From Trichinella spiralis (taxonomy: Eukaryota), in the NCBI RefSeq assembly GCF_000181795.1, contig NW_003526947.1, positions 580,388 to 644,387 on the forward strand: DNA of 64,000 bases, written 5' to 3'. The notes below the pieces were generated by a model. That model saw nothing but the letters and a program-made list of their open reading frames with translations, had not been told where the DNA came from and ran no database searches. This document shows, piece by piece, positions 1-12,344 of this stretch; the stretch's first letter is position 1; the number at the start of each line of letters is the position of its first letter. Position numbers and translations under genes: made by a program.

Positions 1-97
1 GAAAAAATCGTGAGGGTGGGGGAGATTTCGCGTTTTCGTCGATTCAGCGGGGGGGAAGGTTGCTTTTTTTTGTGAATTTTTTTTAAAAAAAAGTTTT

Positions 98-394
98 CGG
101 TTGCGGTGGAGGCCTGCCTTTCGGTCAGCCCGACCGCCCCCGCGCCGCCCCCCGCCCTCCTGCCCCGGGGACCCCCACGGCATCATCGCCTCCTAGCCCA
201 CGTGCTGGCCTCACGATTTTGGCCGAGATGACCTTGGGTGGATCCATCTGATCCACCCTCGACGGACCAGATGGCCATTCTGATCCGCCGAAGACGTAGC
301 TTCCGCACCAGATGGTGTGCGCTGCCAGGCAAATGTGAATCGTCTCGCCTACTAAGCCTTGCCGCCTCATGCACATCAAATTGTCGTCACACCT
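98..394 (-). ncRNA. Candidate structured RNA element, copy A (homologous to 1480-1926 in inverted orientation); class unknown
   Basis: Eight collinear motif blocks shared with copy B, including a 41-nt G-rich tract (125-165) that is 40/41 identical. Variable segments form hairpins (CC-GAAA-GG, CCATCTG..CAGATGG, GGCC..GGCC). No shared ORF. Strand assignment is inferred. Confidence 0.35.
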
Positions 395-534
395 GATGCT
401 CAATATTAATGAACTGTCCTGCAGAAGCAACTCATGTTTGCATACTTACCGTATGATTTACAACTCATCATTATTGATTTAATGTATTATGCCTACTTAT
501 CTTTTCAAATGAAACTGACTACTGTAAGTAGCTG

Positions 535-795
535 TTTTTTGCATTCCATTTAAAACATTCTAATTAACTATTAAAAAACCCTGCTAAAATATGTAGTTAC
601 GAGTGACGTTATTATACCTAATTGGAAAATATTATGACCCACTTTTGTGTTTACATTGTATGTTAATCATTAATTAAAAAACTCTCACTGCTAAAATATG
701 CAGTTACGAGTGACGTTATTTAACTTAATTAAAAATTAAAATACTCAGTGTTGCATTTACGTTGCATTTTAAACTTTCTAATTAGCATATTAAAA
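535..795. repeat. Degenerate ~107-bp tandem repeat (~2.5 copies)
   Basis: CTGCTAAAATATG[T/C]AGTTACGAGTGACGTTATT occurs at 581-613 and 688-720. The flanking TTCTAATTA..TATTAAAA blocks also recur. Confidence 0.75.
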
Positions 796-1085
796 TTAAT
801 CTCATTTAATACATTGTTTTCCTACATGTTACGGATTAATAACATTCTATTTATAGAAGATTACTTTCTATTTATAAAATGATTAAACTCGTTGCACCTT
901 GCCTAAGCTAATTGTTTATTTCATTTATACCAAGTTTACTTTTCCCATTACCTACTTAAAGGAGACCCCGATTAACATTTTTATAAGTAAAAAGTTTATA
1001 TTCAAACAATAGCTAATTCACCAATAATCAATCAATAAATAAAATTATGCTTATTTAATGTTTACTATATTACATCCCTTTTAAC

Positions 1086-1274
1086 TGTTTACATTACACT
1101 GTTTTAAAGTAGAAATCTACTTTGACATTACATTCTTTAAAGTAAAAAACTGCTTTAAACTAAAAATATATTATTATCAGTATAAAATAAATGAATAATT
1201 AAAATCTTTTATATGATGAAATGTAAATAAAAAACTGGTAAACTTTTCTACATTAAAACAGTGTAATGTAAACA
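1086..1274. repeat. 30-bp inverted repeat
   Basis: TGTTTACATTACACTGTTTTAAAGTAGAAA (1086-1115) matches the reverse complement of 1245-1274 with one mismatch. Confidence 0.8.
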
Positions 1275-1479
1275 AAAACTGAATTTGCCCAATTATTAGA
1301 TGAATGAACATTATATTTTCTATATCATTTAAGGTCCGAAATGAAAAAATTAATGTATAAATTTTTTAAAAAATTTAAACTATTTAGCATGATTATAAGG
1401 GGAAACTCTCGATGAAGATTAATTTCAAAGGTACTATGCCTAAACTGATGAAAGGTGCAACGCCAAATGAAGTAGTTAA

Positions 1480-1926
1480 AGGTGTGACGGCAAATCTGAT
1501 GTCAATCATTGGCCAAGTGTCAGAGCCAGCGAGACAATAACACAAACGCATAGCGACGCTTACCGTTCCTCTTGGGGGAGTAACGATCACCACTAGATTG
1601 GCACCGAAACAGAGTCTCGGCACTACGTCAATTGCGAATTTGCATAACTGCCTCTAGGACAGATACGTCTTACGAATTCACATAGGTGTTGAAATCCCAT
1701 TGCACAAGATTTCAAACAACGTCCATTATCACACAAATGGACAGGGTCATCTCTTTGAAACCGGTCTCTGGCCAGCACGGGACTAGGAGGCTCCGCAGTG
1801 GGAAGTCCCCGTTAACGGGCAGGAGGGCAGGGGGCGGCGCGGGGGCGGTCGGGCTGAAAAAAAACCTTGCTTGAGATCCCATTGCTGGGATCCGAGCAAG
1901 GCGGCAGGCCTCTGGTACCGCAACCG
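1480..1926 (+). ncRNA. Candidate structured RNA element, copy B; class unknown
   Basis: Same motif order as copy A, with longer hairpins inserted between blocks: TTGAAATC..GATTTCAA, GTCCATT..AATGGAC, CCCG-TTAA-CGGG, CCTTGCT..GATCCCA..TGGGATC..AGCAAGG. Confidence 0.35.
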
Positions 1927-2113
1927 GGAGAGGAAGAGGTGAGCTTTGAAAATATGGACTTTGATCATTTGATACGGTTAGGGTCGCGTCGTGCAGTGTA
2001 ACCCGTCGAACTCCTGCACACCACCCTATCTCACATTCCTCCTATCCTTGCACTGCTATTCTCAAACATTTACTTATTCTAATACTCAAACTATAGAATC
2101 CACCACAGGGCGA

Positions 2114-2123
2114 NNNNNNNNNN
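2114..2123. other. Assembly gap (N run)
   Basis: Ten N bases, followed by homopolymer-rich sequence that looks low quality. Confidence 0.99.
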
Positions 2124-5100
2124 TTTTGCCATTTTTTCGGGTTGTGACACTAAAAATTTTATTTATGGCCAGGGCCCCAGCGCCATTAAGGGTTCCAAAA
2201 AGGCAAAACCAAAATTGGAAAATTTGTTTTTGGGAAAATTTTTCAAGAGGAAAGGCCTGCCCCCCCCCCCCCCTTGGTTGAAAAAGGATAAAGGATTTTT
2301 TCCTTATATCTTTTTAACCCCCCCCCCTTACTCCCAGTTGGTTAAAAGCCCCCAAAATAGGATTGGAGCCAAATATTCGTTCAAAAGCTTTTGGCTTAGT
2401 CCAGCCAAAGTCAAATTTTAACTCCGCACTCTGCTAAATAGGAAAGTTAATTTTTCCAAACCCGCCCAATTTGCCATAAAAGGCCAGCCACTGCGCCACG
2501 TAGCCGTTAAAACACCCGGCCTTTCGTTAAGTTGGTTATGTTACTTTAATATGAATTAGAACATAATGTCAACAAAAAATAAACAATGATTGAGCACACT
2601 AGTTGCGCTGTATGCCAAGCATAATTAACTATATAAAAATTTTGATTTATCTAATGTCTTCATCGTGAAAAATTTAGAAAAAAATACAAAGTGAAAATAA
2701 AATTAAACTGAAAATGATTTCTGTATGAAAGCGGCATTTTTCTGTCCTGCATAATAGATAACTTTATACGATTAGTGATATTCGACATGCTAAGTTGAGA
2801 ATGAAATTGAATGCCATAAGCAAGTGTAAATTGAAAATTTTATCTTCTTCTCCAATTAAATTTAGACGATTACCTAAAATAGCAAATTGAAATATGGATT
2901 TTTTCAAAACCGTCAATGTTCAACTATATGTAATTGAGAATTTTGCTCTAAAATTACTTCAAGTTTTACGCATCTCGAAATTGAAAAGTGCTTAAATACT
3001 TAAATATACATGCATTTATAGCGAAACATCAGAATAATAAATTTCAGTATTAAATGTTCACCTGAATTTGGCATCTTGCACTTGCACCTTGGTTACGCTG
3101 CGCCACCGTTTATCGAACAGCACCGTAATAAAGTAATAACTATGCATTCCTCTCCTTGTGTATTACTTAGTAACCCTTCTTATCATTAATTTGGCAATTT
3201 AAATAATGTATCTTACTGTATCTTCAATTATTAATTATCTTTCCCGTGATTTTATTTTTTGAAGTGGTAATTTAATTTCATATTATAAAAGATACTTTTA
3301 CTCGTTCTCTTTCCATCTGCTTTATTTCCTTTTCATACTTTGCATTCTGTACTCATGCAAAATGAAACTGTCTGCTGGATTTACGTCATTTGTGTAAAAT
3401 GAGACTTGTATTTATTTCACAGACAACATTGAAGCTGTGCTGCAGTCAAGCCGGCTGTCATCAGTTAAATTATTACTTGCAGATTTTCATATACACTTAA
3501 TTTATTGCTTTGTGATTTATGTCTGAATTTCAGATATATTTTAATGTCGTTGTGATTTTTGCCTTTTGTGCTTGCTTGCGAACAATGAGACATCTGATGA
3601 TTTTCTGCAAGCTTCACATTCCCCTGTCAGCCCAACAAAAAGGCCAACCTGATTAACAGATACAATTTTCCAGTAGCAGCCACAAATGCATTTCTTTTCC
3701 ACGGTTTCCCTATTTTGCACCTATTTTCCCTAAAACTCTGCCTACGTTATCATCCGCAAATTCTTGTGTCCCACATCGCAATAGCTGCCACTATATCGCG
3801 TTTTTTTTGTCCAGCTTGCCTGTCTGTTTTCTATATAAATCCTATACTGACACTAAAAACCTCTTTTCCACCTTCCCCTCCTCGATTTCAGCTGCCAACT
3901 CCGTTACTGATCCACCACCCCTACTTTCTTCTCCCTCATAATCTCAGTCAATCGATTTTTTATGAAATTCATGCAGGAAATGCTGCTCTTAGCTGTTTTT
4001 TTCGATTTCCTGATTCATAAGCAACCGGTTCTCATAAGAATCTGAGTGTGCTGGAAATTGCACGATCAGTAGTATTAGGTAATGTTGAGGCTGCCCCAAG
4101 ATAGAATATCTTGTCTTGTGAAATCTAATGCGGTCTAATTACTATTTAACAGCAGAAAATTAATTATGGAGTAGAAATGAAACCGAAAATGCATATATAT
4201 AGTTTTGTAAAAAGAAATTATGTTCTTTCATTTAATGTAAAATATACAGAGGCGTTTAATTTATAAAGAAAGGCGGGTGTAGTATACAAAAAGATTTTCA
4301 TGTACATGTATTATTATGCATGACAGACTAACGAGAAACAAAATAGTGCCGTTTTTTCATTTAAACAAAATTGGAATCTCAAAAACGTGTTAGAATAACT
4401 TCAAAATTAGTAATTTTAATTGTGTTGCAAATGAACGACACGTTTCAATTCCGTTTGAAACTGAACTTTTCTATTAGAAGATCAAGATCAATCGAAAAGA
4501 CAGAATGAACGAGCATATTACTTTAAGTCCGTACAGTCGTTTTTCTGTCATGATAGTCCTGAAAAAGCTTTTTGGATGCTTCACTGCAGTAAAGCTTTGT
4601 TCTGCGCTGGCTCAGTCGATTGGGTGAGTGACGAAAATCGGTAAGAGTAAAGGCACAATCGAGTAATAATCGTTTGGCCGCAATGCACGAGCATCAGACG
4701 AATTAGCTGGATAATGTTAAAGATGTACGTTTTCCCACTTTCTTTTCAGCGTGTGATTTCACACTTGAGTAGCACGCTTTGGTCGTCGATATATCTTTAT
4801 TAGGCGAACATCAAATTTTCTGATGGGCTTAAATCATACTGATCGAAATCGAGGTATAAGGGCCCTTATTCGCATGGCATTATTGCGGTGTTGAAGAACT
4901 TTGTATACCATTGTGTTGTGTAATGGTATACCATTATTTACTTGCAGGCGAGCAGTCACTTTCAATTTTTTACCATGAATGTTATGCATTAGAATAAATT
5001 TTCTAAATTTCAAAATGATTTAAATACAGGTAAAATAATGTTTTCTACTTACATATAGTCTTTTTTCCCATGTTAGACTTAAGTACATTTCCTTTCCAAC

Positions 5101-6570
5101 ATTTCCTACTCTGGAAAATAATCAGGAATTAGAAATTTAAAAACAAATCGCATGAATTTTAATGTTATTGCCATGCACTGCTATTCGGCTACAATTACTT
5201 TCCATAACATGATTACTGTGTATTTGTTTACTTGATAATATTCTTGCAAATGACATAACAGATAACCGCATAATTATTGTATTACTTAGTTGCTTTTAAC
5301 ATGCATATGAATTTAAGAATGTACGAAATAGTGAATGGTTGCCTTATGCAGGCTCAAGTAATGGTTATATTGATGTGGCACTTGTGTGTCTGCAGCATCT
5401 ATAAGAAACAAAAGCAATATAGGGATAGGAATATTTCAATGTTAGTAATAATAGCGGAAAAACCCAATTTATTAGTTATATTGAGTAAATCAAGCATAGA
5501 ATATCTGCACACTATCGAATATCATTTACCTGTTAATCATAGACGGTATGCAAGAGTGTGATTACATTTGCACACCTCCTCTTACGTCAAAATGACTGAC
5601 CACAATATTCTGCAATATTGTATGATAGTAAGTGAATTTCAGTTATGGGAAAACAACCTAGTTCTTCATGAGTAAGAGCGTAATAGCATAAATTAAGTGC
5701 TCGTTTATTAATTTGTTTGCTGAAATGAAAGCTCTTTTGCTTAAAGTCATGTAAGGTGATGAACAATGCAAATAATATTAAAATTAATTTCAACAAGTAT
5801 CTAGCATATTAGAATCTTCAATTAGTTGTAAAAAAATTGAAATTGCTATTCTTGATACTGCACGCCATGCAAAATATTTCACATTACCATCAAATATTTA
5901 GGTGAGAAATAACTATATTAGAAAAGAGGCAGAAATAGTTAAGTAATAAACAATGCAATTATATTACATACTTTCTCTTAAGAATCTCTAAAAGAAATTC
6001 TATTTTTCATTCTCATTACTGGAAATTATCAATTTCGCTCTGACATCTAAGCATAGAATATATGTCGATAGCAAAAAATAGTAGAAATCTGCTAGCTTTC
6101 AGCTGGCCCATTGTTGAAGTCGTACAATCATAAAATATGAAGCATAAGCTATTTTTGAATCATAGATGATTTAAGCGAGTAAAATTGAAAACACTGCTTC
6201 ACTGATGGCCATATCACACTACTATAATGAATTGCTAACCACAAAGAGCACTTTCTGAAGAGTTGTACAAGAGTAAGTGTACAATATAAATAGCATATCA
6301 CATTGACTGTGGTGTAGTTACAGCGTAATAGCCTAATAGAAATGGATAACATGAGACAAGAAAGATATGAATTATTCTTGACTGTTTCTCATATGCACAT
6401 CATTTAGTGTAAGACTGTTCTCGCGGCATTGATGAAACTTCAGTTTCTGCAATGCAATTCACATCAATGTCACTGCGATCAATTCTGAAGCAACAAGTTT
6501 AAAAACAGTTGGAATTGTACAAAAAATAAGGAAGCCTGCATTCCAAAAGACAGAAAATATTGCACAAAAG

Positions 6571-6856
6571 GGGTGATTTTACTCGGTCCCGCTTTTCTCT
6601 CATTGGTCTTTGCCCACGCTATTTTATTAGACCGTCAAATCTTTGTTGTATTGGTTTTCATTTTATTTGGCCGTGAAGTCTTTGTCGTAATGGTTTTCTT
6701 TGTCTAATTCCTCAGTGAAGTCTTTGTCGCATTGGTTTTTTTTGTCTAATTGCTCATTGATTCAAACTCTTCAGTTGTGATTAAGATTTGACGGTCCAAT
6801 AAAATAGCGTGGGTAATGACCAATGAGAGAAAAGCGGGACCGAGTAGTACCAAACC
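6571..6856. mobile_element. Non-autonomous DNA transposon (MITE), Mutator/MULE-like
   Basis: About 63-bp core TIRs (6580-6642 vs 6783-6846) with degenerate GG../..CC outer ends. Exact 10-bp flanking duplication TGCACAAAAG at 6561-6570 and 6857-6866. Internal ~40-bp tandem repeats. Confidence 0.8.
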
Positions 6857-9800
6857 TGCACAAAAGTATCCTGTTTCAGAGAATACTATGCTTTAATGTG
6901 GAAAATGTTTAACATACATAACATCCTCCATCATAGCTAAATTTCAAAAAATATCAAAACCTATAAATGTGCCAACGCTATAGGCCATTTATTCTGAAAC
7001 TACTGGGTAATCATTGCTTAAATATTGCACGGTACGCTAAGATAAAATAAATTTAATGAAGTGAAAAAGTTGAAGTTCGACAATACAGAAGAAACATCAG
7101 TTATGTTTGAAACCAGAAGAAGAACTCCGCGAGTTACGTGACCATTACTAAAACGGTGATGAAGTCTCAGTCACTCACCATAGGAAAGAAGCTAAGCAGA
7201 GGAGGTCAATGAAACTGCACATGAAAAATTGGTACCGGTATTTTGGATAAACTGTTGCACAAAATGTGGGATAATGGATTAGTCAGTGGCAGGGCTCACC
7301 AATTATTCAGTAACTTTCTCATAGATTGCATAGTACATTCATCTTTCACTATATTTTTTGCTCACCATTTGTGAATCATATATGAACAGAACGGAAGCCA
7401 AGGAATGAAAGATCATTTACTTTGAAATTGAAGATGGTATTGAGAAGAAGAGCTTTGCGCGCTTCTTGACTGCTGCTCTACACACTGAAAAACTGAATAA
7501 TCATGAGGATTGCATTCTTCAACTTTATTCAGGGTCAAGTGAAAAAAATTTGAATATGACATTGCCCTAGCTGAAATCACTGCACGATTAGTCCTAGTAG
7601 CGTAATGGCATCATCACAATCGGAACTTTAACTAATTATAAAAATTATTGGGATTTTATTCAATTCTGATGTAATATAATAAAATGTAAATCAATATATT
7701 TTCGACTGTTGATTTGAAAAGTTGTTGTTCTTCATAAATTGAAATGAAAGAAAAGGGATATAACGTAAAAGGAAGAAAATTAGATAACTCAAACAAAAAA
7801 ATATTGCATCACGCAACGCATTTTGAATGGATACTTTACTCAAATGTAAAAAATGTCACGTATACTGAAAATCATGCATCCTGGTTCCGTTTCGAGGAAG
7901 TTGCAGATGGGCAGCTTTCCTGCAAATAAAGATAGACAAGGCGCCAAGTTTACTGCCCATTTATTCCAAAACTAATGGTCAGTTGCTAAATAAACAATTA
8001 ATAGCACTATCATTTATCAATGTGAACATCATCTGAACAACAGAAAGAAAGTTTTCAACATTTCGCTGTAAAACAGCAAACGCTGTAATAGCCAAAGACA
8101 TTTACGAAAAGGTCGATAAAACGATTTCCTTTCAAAATGATATGAAATGATCGGAAAAATTAGAAAACAACAAGGATCTTCGTCCAACTATTCTTGTAGC
8201 GTATTCGTCATATATGCCTTTACAGTTGTAATAGAATAAATTGTTCGAAGTAATGGAACATTAGTAATGGAATATTAGTGTGAAGGAAAACAAGAGAATT
8301 AAAATATGCAGAATAAATAAATATGCAAAGAAAGCCATATTGTGAATAGTTATTTCAAAACTTCTAAATGGATGAGCAAAAAAATCATCTCATCCAAGTA
8401 AAATTTGTTCCTGACTTTTGTATATCGGTTACAGCATCCTTAAAACGTAAAATTTTTCAAACGTATTTTCTTTGATTAATTGCGCATTTGAAATCAGAAT
8501 TCGTTACAATCAAGAGATGGGAATGCAAATTTTATGCAATGTTGCATTTATTCCTTTCATAAATGTTAAACTAGGAGACAAGTAGTTTTATCAAATTTCT
8601 GGAAAATAAATCATCGATTCCATATAATTCAAAATTTACGAACATTTATTCCAGGCACTACTGCTTTCATTTATAATTTGATTAATTGCTCTTCTCAAAT
8701 GCGAATTGGCTATAATGAACAGATAGGAATGCAATTTTGATGCAAAATTCCATTTGTTCCTTCAATAAATATCCAATTTGAAAACCCGTTCTTTACGGAG
8801 AAACTCTCCAAAACACTATCTTTTATTAATATAAAACTATAATCATCAAGAAAAGTCCAAATTTTGAAAACAAATTTTTCGCCGATTTTCGCAAAAACAG
8901 CAAAGTTTATACCCCATGAAATTTTGAAATTTTCGAAAAAAATATTTTTTCCAAAAATTAAGTGAATTGATTTATATCGGTAGACAATTATTCGCTAAGT
9001 ATTATAAACGATTCCGGACCATCCGTGATTGTGTATATCTTGAGATATACAAAAGGACCTGAAAATTAATATAGGACTTTAACGAAGTCGAAATAAAAAA
9101 GAATAAAAAATAAAAGTTGAAAATGTGCATATGGAATAGTGTCATTAACTGATACAAAAAAACTATCCATGTTGTCATCTGAAAAAAGGAATGTACTTTA
9201 ATAAAAATTGTTCCTGATTTTCATTTAAGCAACAGTAACTTTCAAAAACAAAAACCTTTGTTTACTGAAATTTTTTGACTTAATACAATTCAGAGATAAG
9301 AATTATCCAAAAATTATCACATTAGAAACCTATTTCGTCCAATATGGCAGTCTTTTTATTCTATAAATTTCAAATGCTCAAACCGGCAACTTTATCAAAT
9401 ATCTAAAAAAATCAAATTCCCAACAATGCAGCTATAACTTATGCGTCAATACTTGATTTAACGCGGCATGGTTCGAAACTGCATGTTTCATGTAAAAAAA
9501 ATATTATATCCTGTAAAGAAATGTTCATTTTCATTATCACTCATAGCAAACACATGGCAATTTGAATTCCGTTATTTGGGCAATGACTGTATTCTGTCAT
9601 TCAAAGGGAGCAACAGATTCAGCATTTAGCGGTGGAAATAAATTCCAAATGCTGTAAAAAAATAAATGTATAAACAATTTATACCAAAGAAATCCTCCCG
9701 AGACTAGTGTTTTTATGAATGTTTGGAGATATCCATTCAGAAGTTCAGTTGGACAAACGACTTGTATTCAAGAAAATGGCTAAAAACTCTTTTATAATTT

Positions 9801-12344
9801 CGTCGTAATTGCAAACAATTTTGTACAACTTGAACAAACATTAATTTTCAATAATACGCAATCGTGGCTTTGCTGAGAAATCTGCGAATACGACTAGTTA
9901 AGAGGGTTAGCATTTATTGTAAAAATGTACATGAACATAAATAACATATAAAAGTGACATTGTAGCGATATTAATTCTATGGATAATAATAAAAAACATA
10001 ACATTTGAAAATATTTTGGAAAGGTAAACAGCACATTCAGAACATATGAATAATTTAACAGTTTGACACAGAATACAAAGGTAGCATAAATGATTGCAAA
10101 TGAAAACTCTTTTAATGGAAATCAATTTATCGAAACAATTCTCAGAACTACCCTGTCTATTAGTGATGTTGCTCTCATTTTTCATATCTTCCCTATTGCA
10201 TACTTTTGACGGATTTCAACGTGTTTACCTATTGGAGTGTATTATGTCATGAATCGCCTTGGATTTTAGCATCTGATTAATAAGGATAGAAATATAAAAA
10301 ACAACAACTAGAAATATTTGCAAAACAGTATCAAAATTAAAAATTAAGTATTACAAAATTAAATTTCAGCACATTGTGCTTCATATGATCAGAAATTTAC
10401 AGATGCATGCTAATTCTCTGCATTTAATTATGATCACATTTATCTAAAACAAACAAATATATTTTCCAATGAAGTCTAATTGAAAATGATTTGTTAATTT
10501 AATTACTTTGATGCTACATTTAATAAATTTAATTTTTATCAATATCACCTCTATCAAAAGTTCAATGCTGGAACTTAACATTTCAAAAACGTGCTTTAAT
10601 TTAACGACTATATTTAAAAAATTAAAAAATTTAATACGTAAATTTTTATAATGCATACACTTTGAATGCAAACAAAAAGAGAATGTGACATTAGCGAATA
10701 TTAGTATCAAGCTCCACTCCAGAATCCATCAAAGGGTTAAAAGCGGACTTCGGTAGTAGTTTCGCATTACGATAATAAGCTGAGAGACCAGATATTGTTA
10801 GTCACTTTAGTCAAACAAACAAGCACATTGCTACTGGCAACAAAACGCTTCTGGAAAATTGAATTTGCATATTCGCAAAAGCAATGTTATTCGACCTAGT
10901 TTACCTGCACCAACACTCAACTGTTTTTCTTGAATCATCTGGGCAGTATTACAAAAAATATTTAAAATTGTCAGTAATGTAAAATATCAAAACATATCAA
11001 ATAAATCTCATTCATAATAAACTATCCTAATTACTGAACATCTAAAACAACTGCCAGCAAACTGCCCTCCATAAAATTGTTCAAATTAAAGACTTTCTAA
11101 AGAAATCAGGTGGATAACTGAATATTGTTCATTAATTAAAAAAGAGCATAAGTTTTTGTTGCCTTCACGTGATAAATAATTACTCAGATAACTTTATCTG
11201 AGGCACTGTTAAATTCATTTGTAGTCAATATTATCAAGCTAACTAAAAATGTTGATTTGCATACACGTCAGACGAGCAACCTTCACGTAAAGTATCTCGA
11301 CAATGAATATCAGAACAAACTAAAATTTTAGTTGCTGCTAATCGTAAACATTGACACATTTTGCACATATCTCATTTATAATGGAATATTTTGACTATTC
11401 TACATCCACAAAATTTTCCAAATAAAGGGCTTGTCATCTTAGACGTGAAATTTCAGAAAATACATTACAGTAAAAAAACGAAATAAGTGAAGAAAAATGA
11501 GACTTAACTAAATTAGCGTCTCCACTTGGTTGAGATCCATCCTTCTTTATATACAGTTCCATACCACGACAAAAAATTTCTAGAAATTATAATAAAATGA
11601 ACAAAAAATCATATCTAATTTAAGGACCTACGACCGTCTTTCCATTGAAAACGCACCACCATTCACTCTCAGCATACCGTTAGCCAAAAATTATTTCTAC
11701 GAATGACGCAAAAGAGATTGCATTGCACTTACATAGAGTTTTCCATGAAATGAATTGGTGAACAAGTACTACTTAAATTGTTCACTCCGCTGGGCCGACA
11801 TAATTTTGGTGGATGTTAACAGAAAGGCAAACAAATAGCGAGATCTCACAAATACATTTCGATGTCAGGGAAACAAGCTTCATTTCAGTTTGCCTTCGGA
11901 TAACATAATTCGAGTTGATGAAGCAATCAAATATTTCTATTAACCATTATAATCGGCAAATCATGTTTCTTCAAAGTTCAAAACTGTCATATAACATGCA
12001 AAAGTGAAAATCATTGAAAAGACAGTCATAAATTTTCCATGTTTACGCAAATTATCAAAACATTAGCATTATTCATCATTTTCTGCTTTGAAGTCTGATG
12101 AAAAAAATTACTATTTAATTATAATACAAGCCAAGTGCACTTTGAACTGCCTAAATATGAAAATCTAAACGCTTGTGAAAATTATTCAAGCATGGAAATC
12201 AAGCGTTGATTCAAATAATGCAAAATTAGTATAAAATTTATTTTCTAATTCCAAAATTTATTATATGATAAATACATTTGATAATTGATTAAAATCAGAA
12301 TTTCATTCATGTTAATTGATTTATAAAACTTCATTGTTAGACAA

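Noticed and set aside
179..231. HDV-like ribozyme on the plus strand (GCCTCCTAGC..GG..CGAGATGA)
   Set aside because: P1 would be only 5 bp, and the P2 pairing is absent in copy B.
125..430. 101-aa and 63-aa minus-strand ORFs in copy A
   Set aside because: No recognisable domain, and the homologous copy B does not preserve either frame.
1430..1476. Hammerhead core CTGATGA
   Set aside because: No GAAA, no valid NUH site or stem I, and absent from copy A.
1800..1857. RNase MRP-like GAAGTCCCC..GGGCT
   Set aside because: The two halves are only ~40 nt apart and the other conserved regions are missing.
2124..2520. ORFs and poly-C runs after the gap
   Set aside because: Homopolymer-laden sequence typical of a low-quality read end.
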